A stretch of 57,733 nt of DNA from Andalucia godoyi And28 (GCA_009859145.1 VRVR01000010.1:351965-409697), one strand, 5' to 3'; positions 10,501 to 21,475 are shown, counted from the stretch's first letter. The notes: generated by a model not told the origin, from the sequence alone. Made by a program: numbers and translations.

Positions 10501-13500
10501 CTTGACAACGTCTGAAGGCTTCCACAAACCAGCAGGGATGATCCGGACGTGCAAGTCTGTTTTTGGATTCAGGATCTCGATGGGACAGCATTCTCCGGAG
10601 CGAAGTTCGTGTTTCCACAATGGAGCTTCGTTGAGGAACGGTTCGGAAGAAGAAAAGCACTCGAAGGTTGCGGGGATCGGAAGAAGATTTTCGAACGACA
10701 CCGGTGGAACAATCGACAGGATGCACATGGAGGAATCAGAGGACACCTCTGCATCGGCGAGCACGAAAAATGACTTCTTCGTTGCGGAGCCTGGTTCTTG
10801 TTGGTATTCGAAGGATCGCAGGCTTCGAAACGGAACGGTTCTCTTCCACAGGGCGGACCACGGGATGGGGTCTCCAGCAAGGTCTGTTGTGACGTCGTAC
10901 GAAGGAGCAAAGGAGATCCCGAAGGATCGAACGACGCTGGGGAGGGGAACGAAAAACGAATGGTCGTCATCTTCAGCAGAGAGACCCGATTCCCCTGGCG
11001 TTGCCTCGTGCTCTCCGTACGGAATCAGATTTCCGATGAGAGACCGGTTCTCGTAACGTGTGGGATGCGAAAATATGTTCAAATCCAAAGAGGACAGATT
11101 TCGAATGAGCACGGAGGTGTGAACGAAAATGTGGCGTGTGTTGTTGATGACACGCACAGTGATTCCGATGTGGCTCTGGTTGCTGGAGGACGGGGACGAC
11201 GAAGCAGAAGCAATGCCTCCAAAGGCGGAGAACTTGTGGTGCCCCTCGCAATGAACGGAGACATCTTGAAATTCAAGCCCAAACTCCGGGATCGAAATCG
11301 CGATTCGCCGCGACGCATCCGCTGTGGGAAAGTGCGAGTAGCGTGAAGAGTCCGGGAAATGGAAGCCGAACGACTCCTGGTCCTCAATGAACTGCTCCAG
11401 CAGTTTTCGATGATCTCGCGAAGTAGGAGTCGACGGATTTGGCACCGCTACGGACAACTGAGCGGATGCTGCGCTCCCCGATGCAGCAGCGTAAACGGAC
11501 ATTACAATGGGCGTCCCCAGTTTGTTGATCACCCGGAACGGATGGTATGCCGACTTGAGTGCCAAGCAAGACCTCCGATACTCCTTGCGAGTAGCAATTT
11601 GCTGTGAAATGTCAGCCGAGGACAACGATGTCGGCAGCGCAGTAATCTCCATCTGCCGGCATTGTTGTTGGATCCACAGTACACTGTGTATGGCTGCAGC
11701 GGTGCATGTGAGATCCACGGAGTTGGGAAACGTCACTTGGACTTGGGTTTGCGGACCACCTGTGTAGTCTTCAAGAGAGATGCCGCGCGTCGACGATTCC
11801 TTCTGCTCCGACACAAAGAGCTTCCATGTTTTGATCATGAGGTTTGCGGACAATGGTGTTCTGTCTAGCAACGGCTCCCACGATCCAAAAACGAGGGAGT
11901 AGCTCGTTATACAGACGTCCGATGTCAGCCCGATATCAAGAAATCCAGAATCAACAATGACATCCATGTGAAGGGCATTGGCAGCCAGCTTAAGAATCGG
12001 CACGTCAAAGCCACGAAGATCATCAATGATGACCGCCTCCAGCGACTCTGAGAATCGGAAGCTGGCCTTGATCCCAGCACCAATGCGTTCGGTAACATCA
12101 TCGATGTACTCAAAAGCATCTGCTACGGCGGCCGGAACGAAGTGCGTTGGGCGTCGCAGCGACTGTCGCGATTCCTGGATGGATTTGTCGATAAATGCCA
12201 AGCATTCGACACACATGACCATGTCCTGCAAGGAAATGCGTGCACCAAGCCGCTGAAAATTCGCAATGACCTCCCAGTTGGTAATTTTCCCGCTGTGTTT
12301 CGCAAACAATGCATTCACTCGGACGTTCGCATCGAATGAATGAATGATGTCTGTCTGAATGATCTGATTGGAGTCCTTTCCATTGCTGCTGTACTGCGAT
12401 TCCGTGAATACGCTGTCTCGTAAGTAAACGTGGACATCGCGCAACGAGATGTCCGAGGCATCAACATCTCCAGAGAACGTGCGCCGCATTTCACAGGAAA
12501 CCACTGCACAAAGCAGGGTGCATTGTGGGAAATGGGGCAGACCATCTGAGCTGAGAATCGACTGGTCGTGCAGCACCTCGGAAACCGGGGTCAACAGAAC
12601 GACAATTTCACAACGGTTCAGGTCCACAGTAATCGACCGTGCATTTATACTCTTGGGCCTCTCGATAAAGGCTGCCTCTCGAGCTTGCAGAAGGGCTTGG
12701 TCGGCGCGGATCCCGAAACGCAGAGAATCGAGCCTCCACAGCAGAGCTTCAAACCACTGCAGCATCTCGGAACTGCGCTGGAATGTCAAAGAAATGGAAT
12801 CGTTGATGATCAGAATTCCGTGCTGCAGACTGGAGATGCTGACGGAAAACACGGTGATGATGTACTCTGGAAGCGATGTGTCCTCTTCCGTGAACAAAAG
12901 GATTTGATTGTTCGGATGGAGATGTGCCGCGTACGAACCTTCGAGGGTCTTTGCTTGACTGATGTCAGATGACGATGGTGCTTTTGCTGATGATTCCACG
13001 CATCCGGACACGACCACCGCGGACTGAAACTTCTGTTGCTCGAACGGTTTGAACTGACCGAATGGATTCTCCGTGAATACTGCAACTTCGTCAAGAACTG
13101 CAGTCAAGAAGGTAATGTCCGTGACATTGAGCAACACGCGGAAAGACCTTTCCACCTGCAAGCGCGAATCTCCCGACGGTTCCACGAACCAGTACAGCGA
13201 AAGCGGACGAAACATGGAATGGTGCGCATTCTGAGATGTGCTCATCGTCACGCCGTACAGCTTGGCTTGTACCGGATACTCGGCTGTCGATTGCACATCC
13301 ACAGATCCAAGATCGACTGTCAGGAATCGGGACGGGTCACGCATTCGCTGCCCATGAGTCAGGAAGAAGACGATTCTCGGGGCATCGATGCGGATATTAC
13401 AGTTTGGAGACCCAGCAGAGCTTCCAAAATACAGCTGATCCAGCGCGCGAGTGGACAGCAATTGCGAGCTCCACCGAACTGTGGACACGTTCACATGATA

Positions 13501-15300
13501 CGGAGGGGAGAAGAAGGAAACCAACCTTTGCAGGATGATAATATCAACCTGGGCCTCGGTTCTGGTGATCTTGATTTCGTACTCCAGTGGAACCTTTGTG
13601 GACGGGACGTCTGCGGAGGATTCCGACTTTGGCAAGACGAGGCGGAAGTCGATGAAACGAAGAAGATTCTGACTGGACAGCACAGGATAGGATTGCTGCT
13701 CGTGGAAAAACACGGCGTCCACGTGTTGGACGTGTCCACGAATTTCTTGCTTTTGGGGCCCGTCTGCAAAGAACAGCGCGATGTCCGACAACAAGACGTT
13801 GCAAACGTCCCTGTCCTCCCGTCCTGCAGCTCCATCTCGGAGCACGCGCAGCATCAAATTGACCGATGCAATTTTGATATCCAACTCAAAGATGGATCGA
13901 TCTCGGTACTCGAGAAGCTCCTTCTCATCCCATCCGAGAGACGAGTACAGCTCCTGTCGATCGCTGTCCGAAATTTCTATGCTTGCCATTTCTTCGGGAG
14001 ACAGCTTTTCCTTCTCACCCCATTTCCACAGAATCGACGGCAGCTTTTTCCACGTGGACTTCTGCTCCGCCGATGCGACTGAATCCGTCGAGGGGGCCGA
14101 ATTCTTGAGCGACGACCGGCTCTTGAAAGTCTCCTTCTCTTTTCGAAGTTCCTGAACTGCAAGCATTCGATACAGTCGCAGGTCATCCAGAGGAAGTTCC
14201 TTCTCAAAGTCTTCGAGTTCCTCATGTTCCTGGTCCGACAGAGGCAACTGCCACTTGCGTTTGTTCGTTCTCTTGTACAAAGAGATGTATTTTTGTCTAT
14301 CTTGTCGACGTTGGCGCAAGTCGCTCCACTGCAACTTCATCCTCGACGTGCCACGAAGCTCCCGACGAACAACGGTAGCTGCATACCTCCACCACTGGCC
14401 TGCATTTGCGTGAACTGGAACCGCGGGTCGCAGCGACGCGTATGTAACCGTCAGCCGAAAATTATTGAACACCTCTGCGATGCGAAGCAAGGAAATCCAA
14501 TGCCGGTCGGAGAGTTCGATTCGCAACGTCTCCTGCAGACTAACAGAGAAGGAGTGCTGTGATTTGTTCAATCGCGAGACGGCGGAGATGTTCACGGGAC
14601 GGATCAAAAACAATGGCGAGCGGCCCGAGCCAAAACCGATCTTTGGGTCCCAGAATGCCGAGGAAACCGAGAGTTCAAACAAGTCTATGCGCTTCATTAG
14701 TAGCTCATCCACGCCCTTCTCCTTCGACACATGACGGCGACTGAACACAGGATCCCCGTTTTCGTCCACAGATCGAACAGACACTTCTCTCGCAGCAATG
14801 CGCATCGACTCTCCGTAATTCGCGTCCACCCACTCTATCACAAAGTCGTCGATGTTAATGTGGATATTTTGGACAATAAGCTCGAGGAGCTGTGTAGAGA
14901 GACCCGGGACATGCTCCGGCTTCGGCAGGTCTTTGTCGCCCTGCACGAGGTTGTCCAACACGGACCTCTTGATTTTCAAGATCAAACTTTGCAGTTTCTC
15001 TGGATCAATATCCTTGACATTCAGCGAGGATATTCGGATGATGACATTTCGCAAGTCGATGTGAATGGATTCCGTCCCCAGGGTCTTCCAAGGAATCTTG
15101 ATTGCCATCGTTCCGATCTGCGACTCTGGATGCATTTGAAAGGGAAGTCCAAATTGCAGAAACAAGTCGTCTTTCAGTTTGATGTTGGACAGTCGCAGAT
15201 CGCCATGAATCAGAGACATGTGAAGCGAGGAGAAGTCCACTCCTTGGATGTACTTGCCCACCGATTTGGAGAGCAAGTACGCCACCGTGTTGTCAAACAT
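7591..15300 (-). CDS. VPS13: VPS13-family bridge-like lipid transfer protein
   Basis: Chorein_N start (MFDNTVAYLLSKSVGKYI..GDLRLSNIKLK), VAB repeats (PPVSFENLLP, PPFQLSNFL), APT1-like DLQVDNML, ATG_C-like HLDFMGNPASLLEDISSGVREFF; 2569 aa with no intron. Confidence 0.95.
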   Translation of the reverse strand: MFDNTVAYLLSKSVGKYIQGVDFSSLHMSLIHGDLRLSNIKLKDDLFLQFGLPFQMHPESQIGTMAIKIPWKTLGTESIHIDLRNVIIRISSLNVKDIDPEKLQSLILKIKRSVLDNLVQGDKDLPKPEHVPGLSTQLLELIVQNIHINIDDFVIEWVDANYGESMRIAAREVSVRSVDENGDPVFSRRHVSKEKGVDELLMKRIDLFELSVSSAFWDPKIGFGSGRSPLFLIRPVNISAVSRLNKSQHSFSVSLQETLRIELSDRHWISLLRIAEVFNNFRLTVTYASLRPAVPVHANAGQWWRYAATVVRRELRGTSRMKLQWSDLRQRRQDRQKYISLYKRTNKRKWQLPLSDQEHEELEDFEKELPLDDLRLYRMLAVQELRKEKETFKSRSSLKNSAPSTDSVASAEQKSTWKKLPSILWKWGEKEKLSPEEMASIEISDSDRQELYSSLGWDEKELLEYRDRSIFELDIKIASVNLMLRVLRDGAAGREDRDVCNVLLSDIALFFADGPQKQEIRGHVQHVDAVFFHEQQSYPVLSSQNLLRFIDFRLVLPKSESSADVPSTKVPLEYEIKITRTEAQVDIIILQRLVSFFSPPYHVNVSTVRWSSQLLSTRALDQLYFGSSAGSPNCNIRIDAPRIVFFLTHGQRMRDPSRFLTVDLGSVDVQSTAEYPVQAKLYGVTMSTSQNAHHSMFRPLSLYWFVEPSGDSRLQVERSFRVLLNVTDITFLTAVLDEVAVFTENPFGQFKPFEQQKFQSAVVVSGCVESSAKAPSSSDISQAKTLEGSYAAHLHPNNQILLFTEEDTSLPEYIITVFSVSISSLQHGILIINDSISLTFQRSSEMLQWFEALLWRLDSLRFGIRADQALLQAREAAFIERPKSINARSITVDLNRCEIVVLLTPVSEVLHDQSILSSDGLPHFPQCTLLCAVVSCEMRRTFSGDVDASDISLRDVHVYLRDSVFTESQYSSNGKDSNQIIQTDIIHSFDANVRVNALFAKHSGKITNWEVIANFQRLGARISLQDMVMCVECLAFIDKSIQESRQSLRRPTHFVPAAVADAFEYIDDVTERIGAGIKASFRFSESLEAVIIDDLRGFDVPILKLAANALHMDVIVDSGFLDIGLTSDVCITSYSLVFGSWEPLLDRTPLSANLMIKTWKLFVSEQKESSTRGISLEDYTGGPQTQVQVTFPNSVDLTCTAAAIHSVLWIQQQCRQMEITALPTSLSSADISQQIATRKEYRRSCLALKSAYHPFRVINKLGTPIVMSVYAAASGSAASAQLSVAVPNPSTPTSRDHRKLLEQFIEDQESFGFHFPDSSRYSHFPTADASRRIAISIPEFGLEFQDVSVHCEGHHKFSAFGGIASASSSPSSSNQSHIGITVRVINNTRHIFVHTSVLIRNLSSLDLNIFSHPTRYENRSLIGNLIPYGEHEATPGESGLSAEDDDHSFFVPLPSVVRSFGISFAPSYDVTTDLAGDPIPWSALWKRTVPFRSLRSFEYQQEPGSATKKSFFVLADAEVSSDSSMCILSIVPPVSFENLLPIPATFECFSSSEPFLNEAPLWKHELRSGECCPIEILNPKTDLHVRIIPAGLWKPSDVVKVHFPVTQSTPEVLPEKVALRDIYDRETFLRVNSSLDGLLVRTVSIWVDAWVVNSSGRNFAILTQPSVIKNASQLGRMFSSSSWELSPGIPFSMTENPVAPWDFDGTFVQSSGGHPAFPPVLLSFSDSNKKRHSVRLALGPSVVSESFPIHAGASMSNVSCHSRTECVDFSVTVKPAPGKFFRSSLITVRPHFIAVNGMLAGNHSEKSAGSLDDSQHDHLVVEIVQPTLHGDRRYLSAGQSESSGTFSVVSTIEPKAVSPIFFTNPSSREVQIRIGGQLLDCRLNLAHVCNQEAELVVPGADDVKTSRWVRISNEFSDGQMMLCISPSEGGPPFQLSNFLSESVTFRQLTSEKDTEGGDPVTVDAGGTIPFAWRNPQAAHVVRIEYRGEKKAILLEDVDQRPLLLIDHGAGGTKVFAQVSLEGSRRVLRLYSSEPGLSKPMQTPRNTWLFKLTVAAGSICLVDNVPKEILNAGFKKFGLHLENSGTDMLCDFILGDLQVDNMLADARFPTVLSVDQHREAETKKNVFSFKRKSRQSPKHDAVEAQQESRPLLYVSYSQSLLFPRPTIYINYLSFLMQKLRVSVDESMVRELYRFALASGLYDPSTHEINQQLLEEFGNEAGDFGLQSLAADSHWTKIQTIRHQRDATSVSSFILFIRVLHLNSVSVTFSLHGSDFDRDLIPSSRGHLPSDEPLTPILPPPFPIDRLPFASLLASVGLLFSNISDANISLKSLFLQHVHGSPETIGRLLIDHYKENIMWQMVKVLGHLDFMGNPASLLEDISSGVREFFSDPEESFTLSPDLFARGLARRSQNLISNTIEASFTSATRATSSLGRAAAGASGDDRFISRMDSNEKDEVKHLGEGFIKGSEALAQGIRGGLDDFLSLTDPSAGKLIGIVGKPVAGALAFANRVSQGAQNTATSLRSGSASSKSPRSNVAGSSNKSSASKQREGRMRPPRKLEPGKPIGIRSV

Positions 15301-15779
15301 TGGAGCTTAAGCTTGAGCTTGAGTTGGAGTTGGAGTTGATGATTTACTTGCCTGTGAACAGAGAAAAGACGATGAAGAAGTAGATGCAAAAGCGAAGGCG
15401 AGCGCGTCTCACGGCGTGTTGTTCTTCCAATACGTCGTCACTACTACAAACCACTGCTATCGTAATCCTACACCAACAACGATGAGCCAAAAGCAAAAGA
15501 ACAAAGGTTTCGATAACAACGTACTGTGACACGCAGCTTCTCGAGACATTTTCGCTCCCGGGAGAAAGCATAAAAGGATGAAACCCCGTTCAAAAAGGGA
15601 AACTTAAAAATACGATATTGGATGCATCAGTCGAAGTTCTACTTGATAGAACTTCGCACATATGGAAACATCCACTTCAGTGGAACACGTCAACACGACA
15701 CACACCGCCGAGTCCATTTGCCCCAAGGAAACACCCGCATGCACTGCACAGAGGTCCACAAGCCGCACTCGTCGTGTTT

Positions 15780-16383
15780 TCAGGAGAAACGTTCAATATG
15801 AGATGCCAGCATGTCCTCCTTTGGATGTCGACGACTCGTTGACAGTACTTTAGGATCCGCAACGCATCTACATATTCCCCCAATCAAGTGCCAGCGCAAC
15901 AAAACACGTTGTAAGAAGCAGATAGATTCTTTCAAAAGCTCGAGGGGTAATACCCCCTCAGAACCTTGAGATTAAATTAAAAATAAAATTACGTTTAACA
16001 GAGGGAAAAAAATAGAACGGAAGAAAAGGGGGGAAAAAGACATACTTCAACTTCTCGACGTACTTTTCTTGGAGTCGAGACTCGTCGGCAGCTCGGATTG
16101 CAGCGGCTGTGGACTGCTTTACTTGCACACGGTTGACCATTTCGTCGTACGCAGGACCCCGAGCTTGCTTGACTTCGGAAATGATCGATCGTGAGTGCGG
16201 AACCTCTCGCGGGACCTTGTCTGTGCATCGCGGCTTCTTTCCGCTCGACCGATGGCCTGCCGTAGTGCTCATCTCGTTTCGAAGCAGCTTTCGATAGCTT
16301 TGCGGCAGAGAATTCACCAAGGTGTTGTAGTGCCGCTGGCGGCCTCGTGGTTCCACCGAAATGGTCTTCGTCGCTTCGGCCAT
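15780..16383 (-). CDS. Hypothetical small basic protein, two exons (16383-16046; probable exon 2 15867-15780)
   Basis: ATG preceded by (GA)n; ORF runs into GTATGT donor at 16045 followed by a pyrimidine/AT-rich tract. An acceptor at 15868 gives in-frame ...KLKCVADPK...ERFS*; acceptor choice is uncertain. Confidence 0.5.
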
Positions 16384-16811
16384 CTCTCTCTCTCTCTCTC
16401 TCTCTGTGTTCTAATGCGCGCGTGCGTGCTATGAAAATTGCGTCCATTCAGGAGAAAAAAAATATAATAAACAGCAGTTAGACTGATGGACGAGGTGTTG
16501 GAAGCACGAAAAGCCCGATTTGAAATTTGATGGTCCTAACGACTTCTTTTATATTACAGCAGATTGCTCGCTTCCAACTGATTCGAGAACAGGGGGAGGG
16601 CAAAAACAAACCGAAGATGGTGGAAAATGCGAAATGCACAGCGAGACAGGCAGGCAGCAGTCAACGTGCAAAATCAAAATCGTGCAGAAAATGCAGAAGA
16701 AACTAAGGGACACTAGTTCCGGTAATTGTACAAACAAAAAACGTACAGAAAGAATACAAGCGATGATGGTAATGTAACAAAGCCGTGCAGACCGGCAGGC
16801 AGATAGATAGG

Positions 16812-18699
16812 CTACTTCTTCTTCTTTTTTTTTGCCTGCGGCCTTTCCCTTTTTGCCCTTCTTTCCCTTCGCTTCGCCGAACGGATTTGCAAACAGTCCG
16901 ACACCCGGCAACGGCAGCCCACGAACGCACGAGTCATGAGACCGGTCTTCGGGGACAAGGATTCCCTTCTCGATGATCGACGAATAGAGTGGAACGCCCT
17001 TCTTTGCCAAGGCTTGGCGAATCCGATCGCACTCGCGAAGTTGCTCGAGCCTGTATTCGGATGGCGGTGCAACATAATAAATATCTGGAACAAGTGACTT
17101 GGCTGGCGCCTCGGCCTCTTCGTCTGCAGCACCCTTTCCCTTCTTCTCCTTCTCCTTTCCCTTTCCCTTCTTTCCTTTCTTGCTATCGTCGCCCTTCTTT
17201 CCTTTCTTCTTGTCTCCTTTTCCAGACGCACTGCTGGGAGGTCGAGACGCTGCCGTTGGATCCGGCATCGAAAGTTCCTGAGCTGGAACAACCACGTCAG
17301 GAAACCCGGAGTAACGGCGAGTCGACCCATGCGGGGTCTGGAACCCCCTTGGCCTTTCTTCGTCATCTTGATCAACAAAGTTGAGCTCCGCCATCTTGCT
17401 GATCAGGACGCTCGACGATCTCGCAGACTCTGCACGCCGCGTGATTTCCTCTTCAACTCGAGATCGATGAGTTGACCATGCGCGCACAACCTTTGAAAAC
17501 TCACGTTCCTCCAAAACAGCCTCCGTCTGCGCAGCTCGTTTTGTCAGCCACAGTGTCTCCATGGCCTTTTCTCTTGGATCCACCTCATCGGAGAACGACT
17601 GCGATGGAATCAGCCGCGTCGTCTGCAGAGACATTGCCATGGAAGTGGACCCTGGAGAAGTGCGCGGGCGTTTGAATACGTCGTCTTCTGCACTGGAGTC
17701 GTTTACCCTGTTGGAAACAGGTCGCGCAGAGGGGACCACTGCAGGTCGCGTCAGCGCCGACGACACCAAATTTCTTCTGCGGAACGACGCAATCCCTGCG
17801 GCGGCATCAGTGGACACTTCAGACCGCGCAGACCGCAAAGAGTAGCCCGTGTTTGCGCCCATAGAGCGCGGCGTATCAGGGAGAAAATCTTCTCCCGACA
17901 CAAAGAAGGACTCTGCATCAGGGTTATTTTGGTTGGGAGGAGACACAGATCGGCCGTTGGACGACTCGTGCTGCATTCGAATCTGCGTCAATCGGGGGAC
18001 CCACTCAGGACTTTGCTCATTCTGGTGCAGTTTCAGCGACGACGACAGCGGCGGCGGAGGTTGCTGCGCAGCTTTTCTGGAGGCAAGAGGTTTGATTGTC
18101 AGACCGAGTCCCTGACGATCGGAAGAATGCATGAAGAGCTCGGACTGTTCGTGAGTTTTGGAGAGCTCAATCGTTGTCGAATTCGCAGTGCTGGACTGCG
18201 CACCAAAGGTCTTTGCAGTCGGTGGTCTCAGTTCCACCAGTCGCTTTCTCTTTTCTCGGTACCAGTTATAAACGCGTTCGATGTTCACTTTTCGTTCAAA
18301 CACATCTGCAAGCGCAATGCACTCTCTCAGCACCGATTTCAAAAGCGAGTACAACGCAAATGCGCGTTTCTGATCGCGATCCGCATCAGAGGAAATCACC
18401 GCGTATCCATACCTCTCAATATCTCGAAGCATTTCCTGGAAATGCTTATCCTTCTCCAGCAACGAGTCTGTATACGACCGCAGGTTGATGTTTCGGTCGC
18501 CCAGCAGCAACAATTGCTTTGCTTCCGACTCCTTGTTGCTGTTGCTACTGCTGCTGCTGTTATTAAGGTCGGCAAAGAGTGACGCGAGCTTCTGGTCTGC
18601 ATCCCACAAGAGTCTTGAAACAGCAGACTGTTCTTGATGCTGCGACGACGATACTCCAAGAAACCGACTCCCTTCGCTCTTTTTCCCAGTAACGATCAT
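16812..18699 (-). CDS. Coiled-coil protein with Lys/Gly-rich C-terminus (possibly ciliary); probable 1-nt homopolymer frameshift near the stop
   Basis: ATG 18699; continuous ORF to ...KGKKGKKGKAAGKKK; removing one T from T9 (16825-16833) gives GKKKKKK* at TAG 16812. Confidence 0.7.
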
Positions 18700-20235
18700 T
18701 TTTCCTTCGCCACCTTGCCGAGAAAAAAAATGAAACAAAACTGGCAGAACAAGTTTTCAGCAACTCTACGTACAACAATGCTTTCCACAATAAATAAAAC
18801 TAATTTCTTTTCTATTTTTTAATTAAAAAAAAATTTAAAAAATAGATACAAAGAAAAGAAAAGAAAAAGACGGGAAAAAAACTCTGGTTGGAGAGAATTG
18901 CCAAAGGAATACAGAAAAAACGTCAGACTCCAATTGCTATCGGGTTTTCTATTTTGTTTTTTCCTTGTCGCAAGAGAGACGGAGAGAAATCGTTTGAAAC
19001 GGTTGGAAAAGCCCGCGTGCATCCGTCGTACGGGCACGCATGAGCAAAAAACGTTTGTTGTCCGTTTTGTAATGCACGCTTGACCCCTACTTTACCGCAC
19101 GTGCTCATCCGTGCGACTTTTTTCCATTCATGCCAGTCCATCGTCATTCCGATGCCCGCCCCCAGACGGTCAGATGCAGGTGTCTTCACTCTCGAAAAAC
19201 ATATTATGATATTATCCCTTTGTGTTTATGTTGTATGCGACGCCTGCTGAGACAAGAATGCGGAGTATGCGTGGTCACGGCAAGTGCGCGTTTTGTGCCT
19301 GAGGGGCGACTGGGGGCGACTGCGGGGAGAAGCAAGCAAGCACGGATGGGAGAGGGGGGAATCAGCCGATCAGGGAACCTCACTTTTCCCGTTTCTGTTG
19401 CGACGCCCTCCACTCGAAAGCGTCCAGAAGCGAGCGGTGGAGGAATATGGTAGTAATACCGGGATGATATCAACGTGCGTTGGTGCTGCATCCGATTGTT
19501 TGCACGCATAGCTGCATTTTCTTTTTTCCTGTGCGATGAGGGCGGCTCATAACTGCATGCAAGCAAGCGGACTGAGGCATCTAATTTTTCCTCCCCGTCC
19601 AAATGGGGGTTTTTCCAAGTGACATTGCATTGATGCTCAAAACGGAAATGCGACTGCTTTGTGTGGAGCGGTGCTGCTGGTTGGGTTACAAAATACCAGA
19701 CTAGCCAAGAACGGACAAGTGGTGGCGCATTGCTGCGAAGCAGTGCCAATAGTTCAGGGTTCATGCAAGCTGAAAGTGCGCTCTGCTGATTGGCTGGACG
19801 ACAAGTCAACAACCGTTTCCGTCTGGTTTGTCGCATTGCTCCCACGTTCTCTCGTTGTTGACGTCTGCTCCGACTACCGGCTGATCTTCTAGCATTAAAA
19901 CGTTTCCTTTTCCAAGAACTTTGGATGTCAAAAAAGCGCAGAGGATGCCTTTCGAGCAAGACATGCATTCGGTTTTGCTTGCAGCGGAGCGTTGTTGCAT
20001 CATCGCACGCGGAATGCACTGCAAATTCTCACGCTTTTTCTGATCGCTGCATCCCAAAAGAAACGAATTTGTTCTCTCTCCCGTTTCCGACCAAAACTTG
20101 CAGTCTGACGAAGGCAGAATGCTCGTCAGGTACATGCCGGTGTTTGCTTCCCGTGCAGTTACTTTTTTGTATCGTTCTTCTTTTTTATTTTTATTTTGCT
20201 GCATGTTCTGCAATCAACGTGCATTTTATCCCATT

Positions 20236-21078
20236 ATGAGGATGTTCCGACGTTTACCGGACGACGGTGTTTCTTTCAACAGCACGCAATGCTGCATCTC
20301 TTCTGACAGTTCCGCAAGCCGTCGCGAACCGGACCGTTCATTAACGTCCCAGTTTCATGTTTTTGATCCAGTTCACGGGCAGACTGCGAAGCCGGCTCTT
20401 CGAGAGCGCAGGTCCAAACAGCGCAGCACCCTCGTGCCAAGTGCTACGCACAAGATTCCGTGGACGAGCAACGAAATCGAGCAGCTTTGCCGTGGAATTG
20501 AGCAGTTCGGAACTGGCCGTTGGAGTGCCATATCCAAGTCGCTTGGCACGCGAACTCCTCTCCAGGTGAAGAACTATGTGAGCCATCACCGTGAGAGGCT
20601 GTCTACGCTTCTTCGCGAGCGCGGTTACTGTCAACCCGGGGTAGCTGTAGGGCTGCATCAGTCAGAAGAGCAAGGAGAGCAAGAGCATCAGAAGCGGTAT
20701 CTTCGAACCGCAAGTAACGTGTCGAGTGGCACATTTTCATCATCATCGTCATCGTCGTTGTCTTCTTCTTCTTCTTCCTTTTTCTCGTCAGACGGTCCAC
20801 GGTCCCTTGCGAGTGACGCACCGGCCTTGGATGTTATGGGAGTCTGCATTCCCGACCGTCGCTTTTGGAGCAACATCACTGCACCACCCGCCGCAACTCC
20901 TTGTGTGACGACGGTAAGGAGCATGCGACCGCGGTCCAATGCGATCGATGGCTGCCCTGCATGGGTTGATGAGCCGACGTTTCAATTGGAAGCTATGCGA
21001 TATTCCAGACCGTTTCTCCAGCTCGATATCCTGTCTTTGTGTTCTGATCTCTCTGCCCATGTAAACGCATACTTGTAG
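20236..21078 (+). CDS. Single SANT/Myb domain protein
   Basis: WTSNEIEQLCRGIEQFGTGRWSAISKSLGTRTPLQVKNY; likely ATG 20236. Confidence 0.9.
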   Translation: MRMFRRLPDDGVSFNSTQCCISSDSSASRREPDRSLTSQFHVFDPVHGQTAKPALRERRSKQRSTLVPSATHKIPWTSNEIEQLCRGIEQFGTGRWSAISKSLGTRTPLQVKNYVSHHRERLSTLLRERGYCQPGVAVGLHQSEEQGEQEHQKRYLRTASNVSSGTFSSSSSSSLSSSSSSFFSSDGPRSLASDAPALDVMGVCIPDRRFWSNITAPPAATPCVTTVRSMRPRSNAIDGCPAWVDEPTFQLEAMRYSRPFLQLDILSLCSDLSAHVNAYL

Positions 21079-21277
21079 TGCATCTCGCACCTCCCCAAAT
21101 CCAGCCTGTCGTCCAATCCACGGTGCTGCTTGAGGGTTCGATAGAAACAGACAAGCAAGCACAAAGAAAGACCAGAAAGAATGTCATCTTTTTATTGTAT
21201 TTATTTGCCGGACATCGACTGTAAGCGGCAAAACCTCTCAATTTAAAAAGAAAATCAAATAAAGCGCCCCCCCTTTC

Positions 21278-21333
21278 GGCAATCCCAGACGGGCAATCCC
21301 AGACGGGCAATCCCAGATGACAATTCCCGAGCG
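21278..21333. repeat. 14-bp tandem repeat GGCAATCCCAGACG (x3 plus one degenerate copy)
   Basis: Units at 21278, 21292 and 21306, degenerate copy at 21320. Confidence 0.9.
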
Positions 21334-21475
21334 CCCATTTTTCCTTTAAGGAAAACCGAAAACACAAACGAAACCCCCCCATTTTCCTTCTAAACTTCGA
21401 CCGAGTTTCGAATCCATTCCAAACCTTTTCTGTTTTTTAATATCTCGTTTTTCTCTCTTCCTTTTTTCCTTTTCC

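Noticed and set aside
21278-21333. CRISPR-like or NF-kB-site interpretation of the 14-bp repeat
   Set aside because: No spacers between units, eukaryotic context, and a mismatch to GGGRNWYYCC on both strands
21395-21420. TTCGAATCC T-loop-like word suggesting a tRNA
   Set aside because: No acceptor, D or anticodon arms can be formed; no tRNA, rRNA or spliceosomal snRNA signature was recognised anywhere in the window
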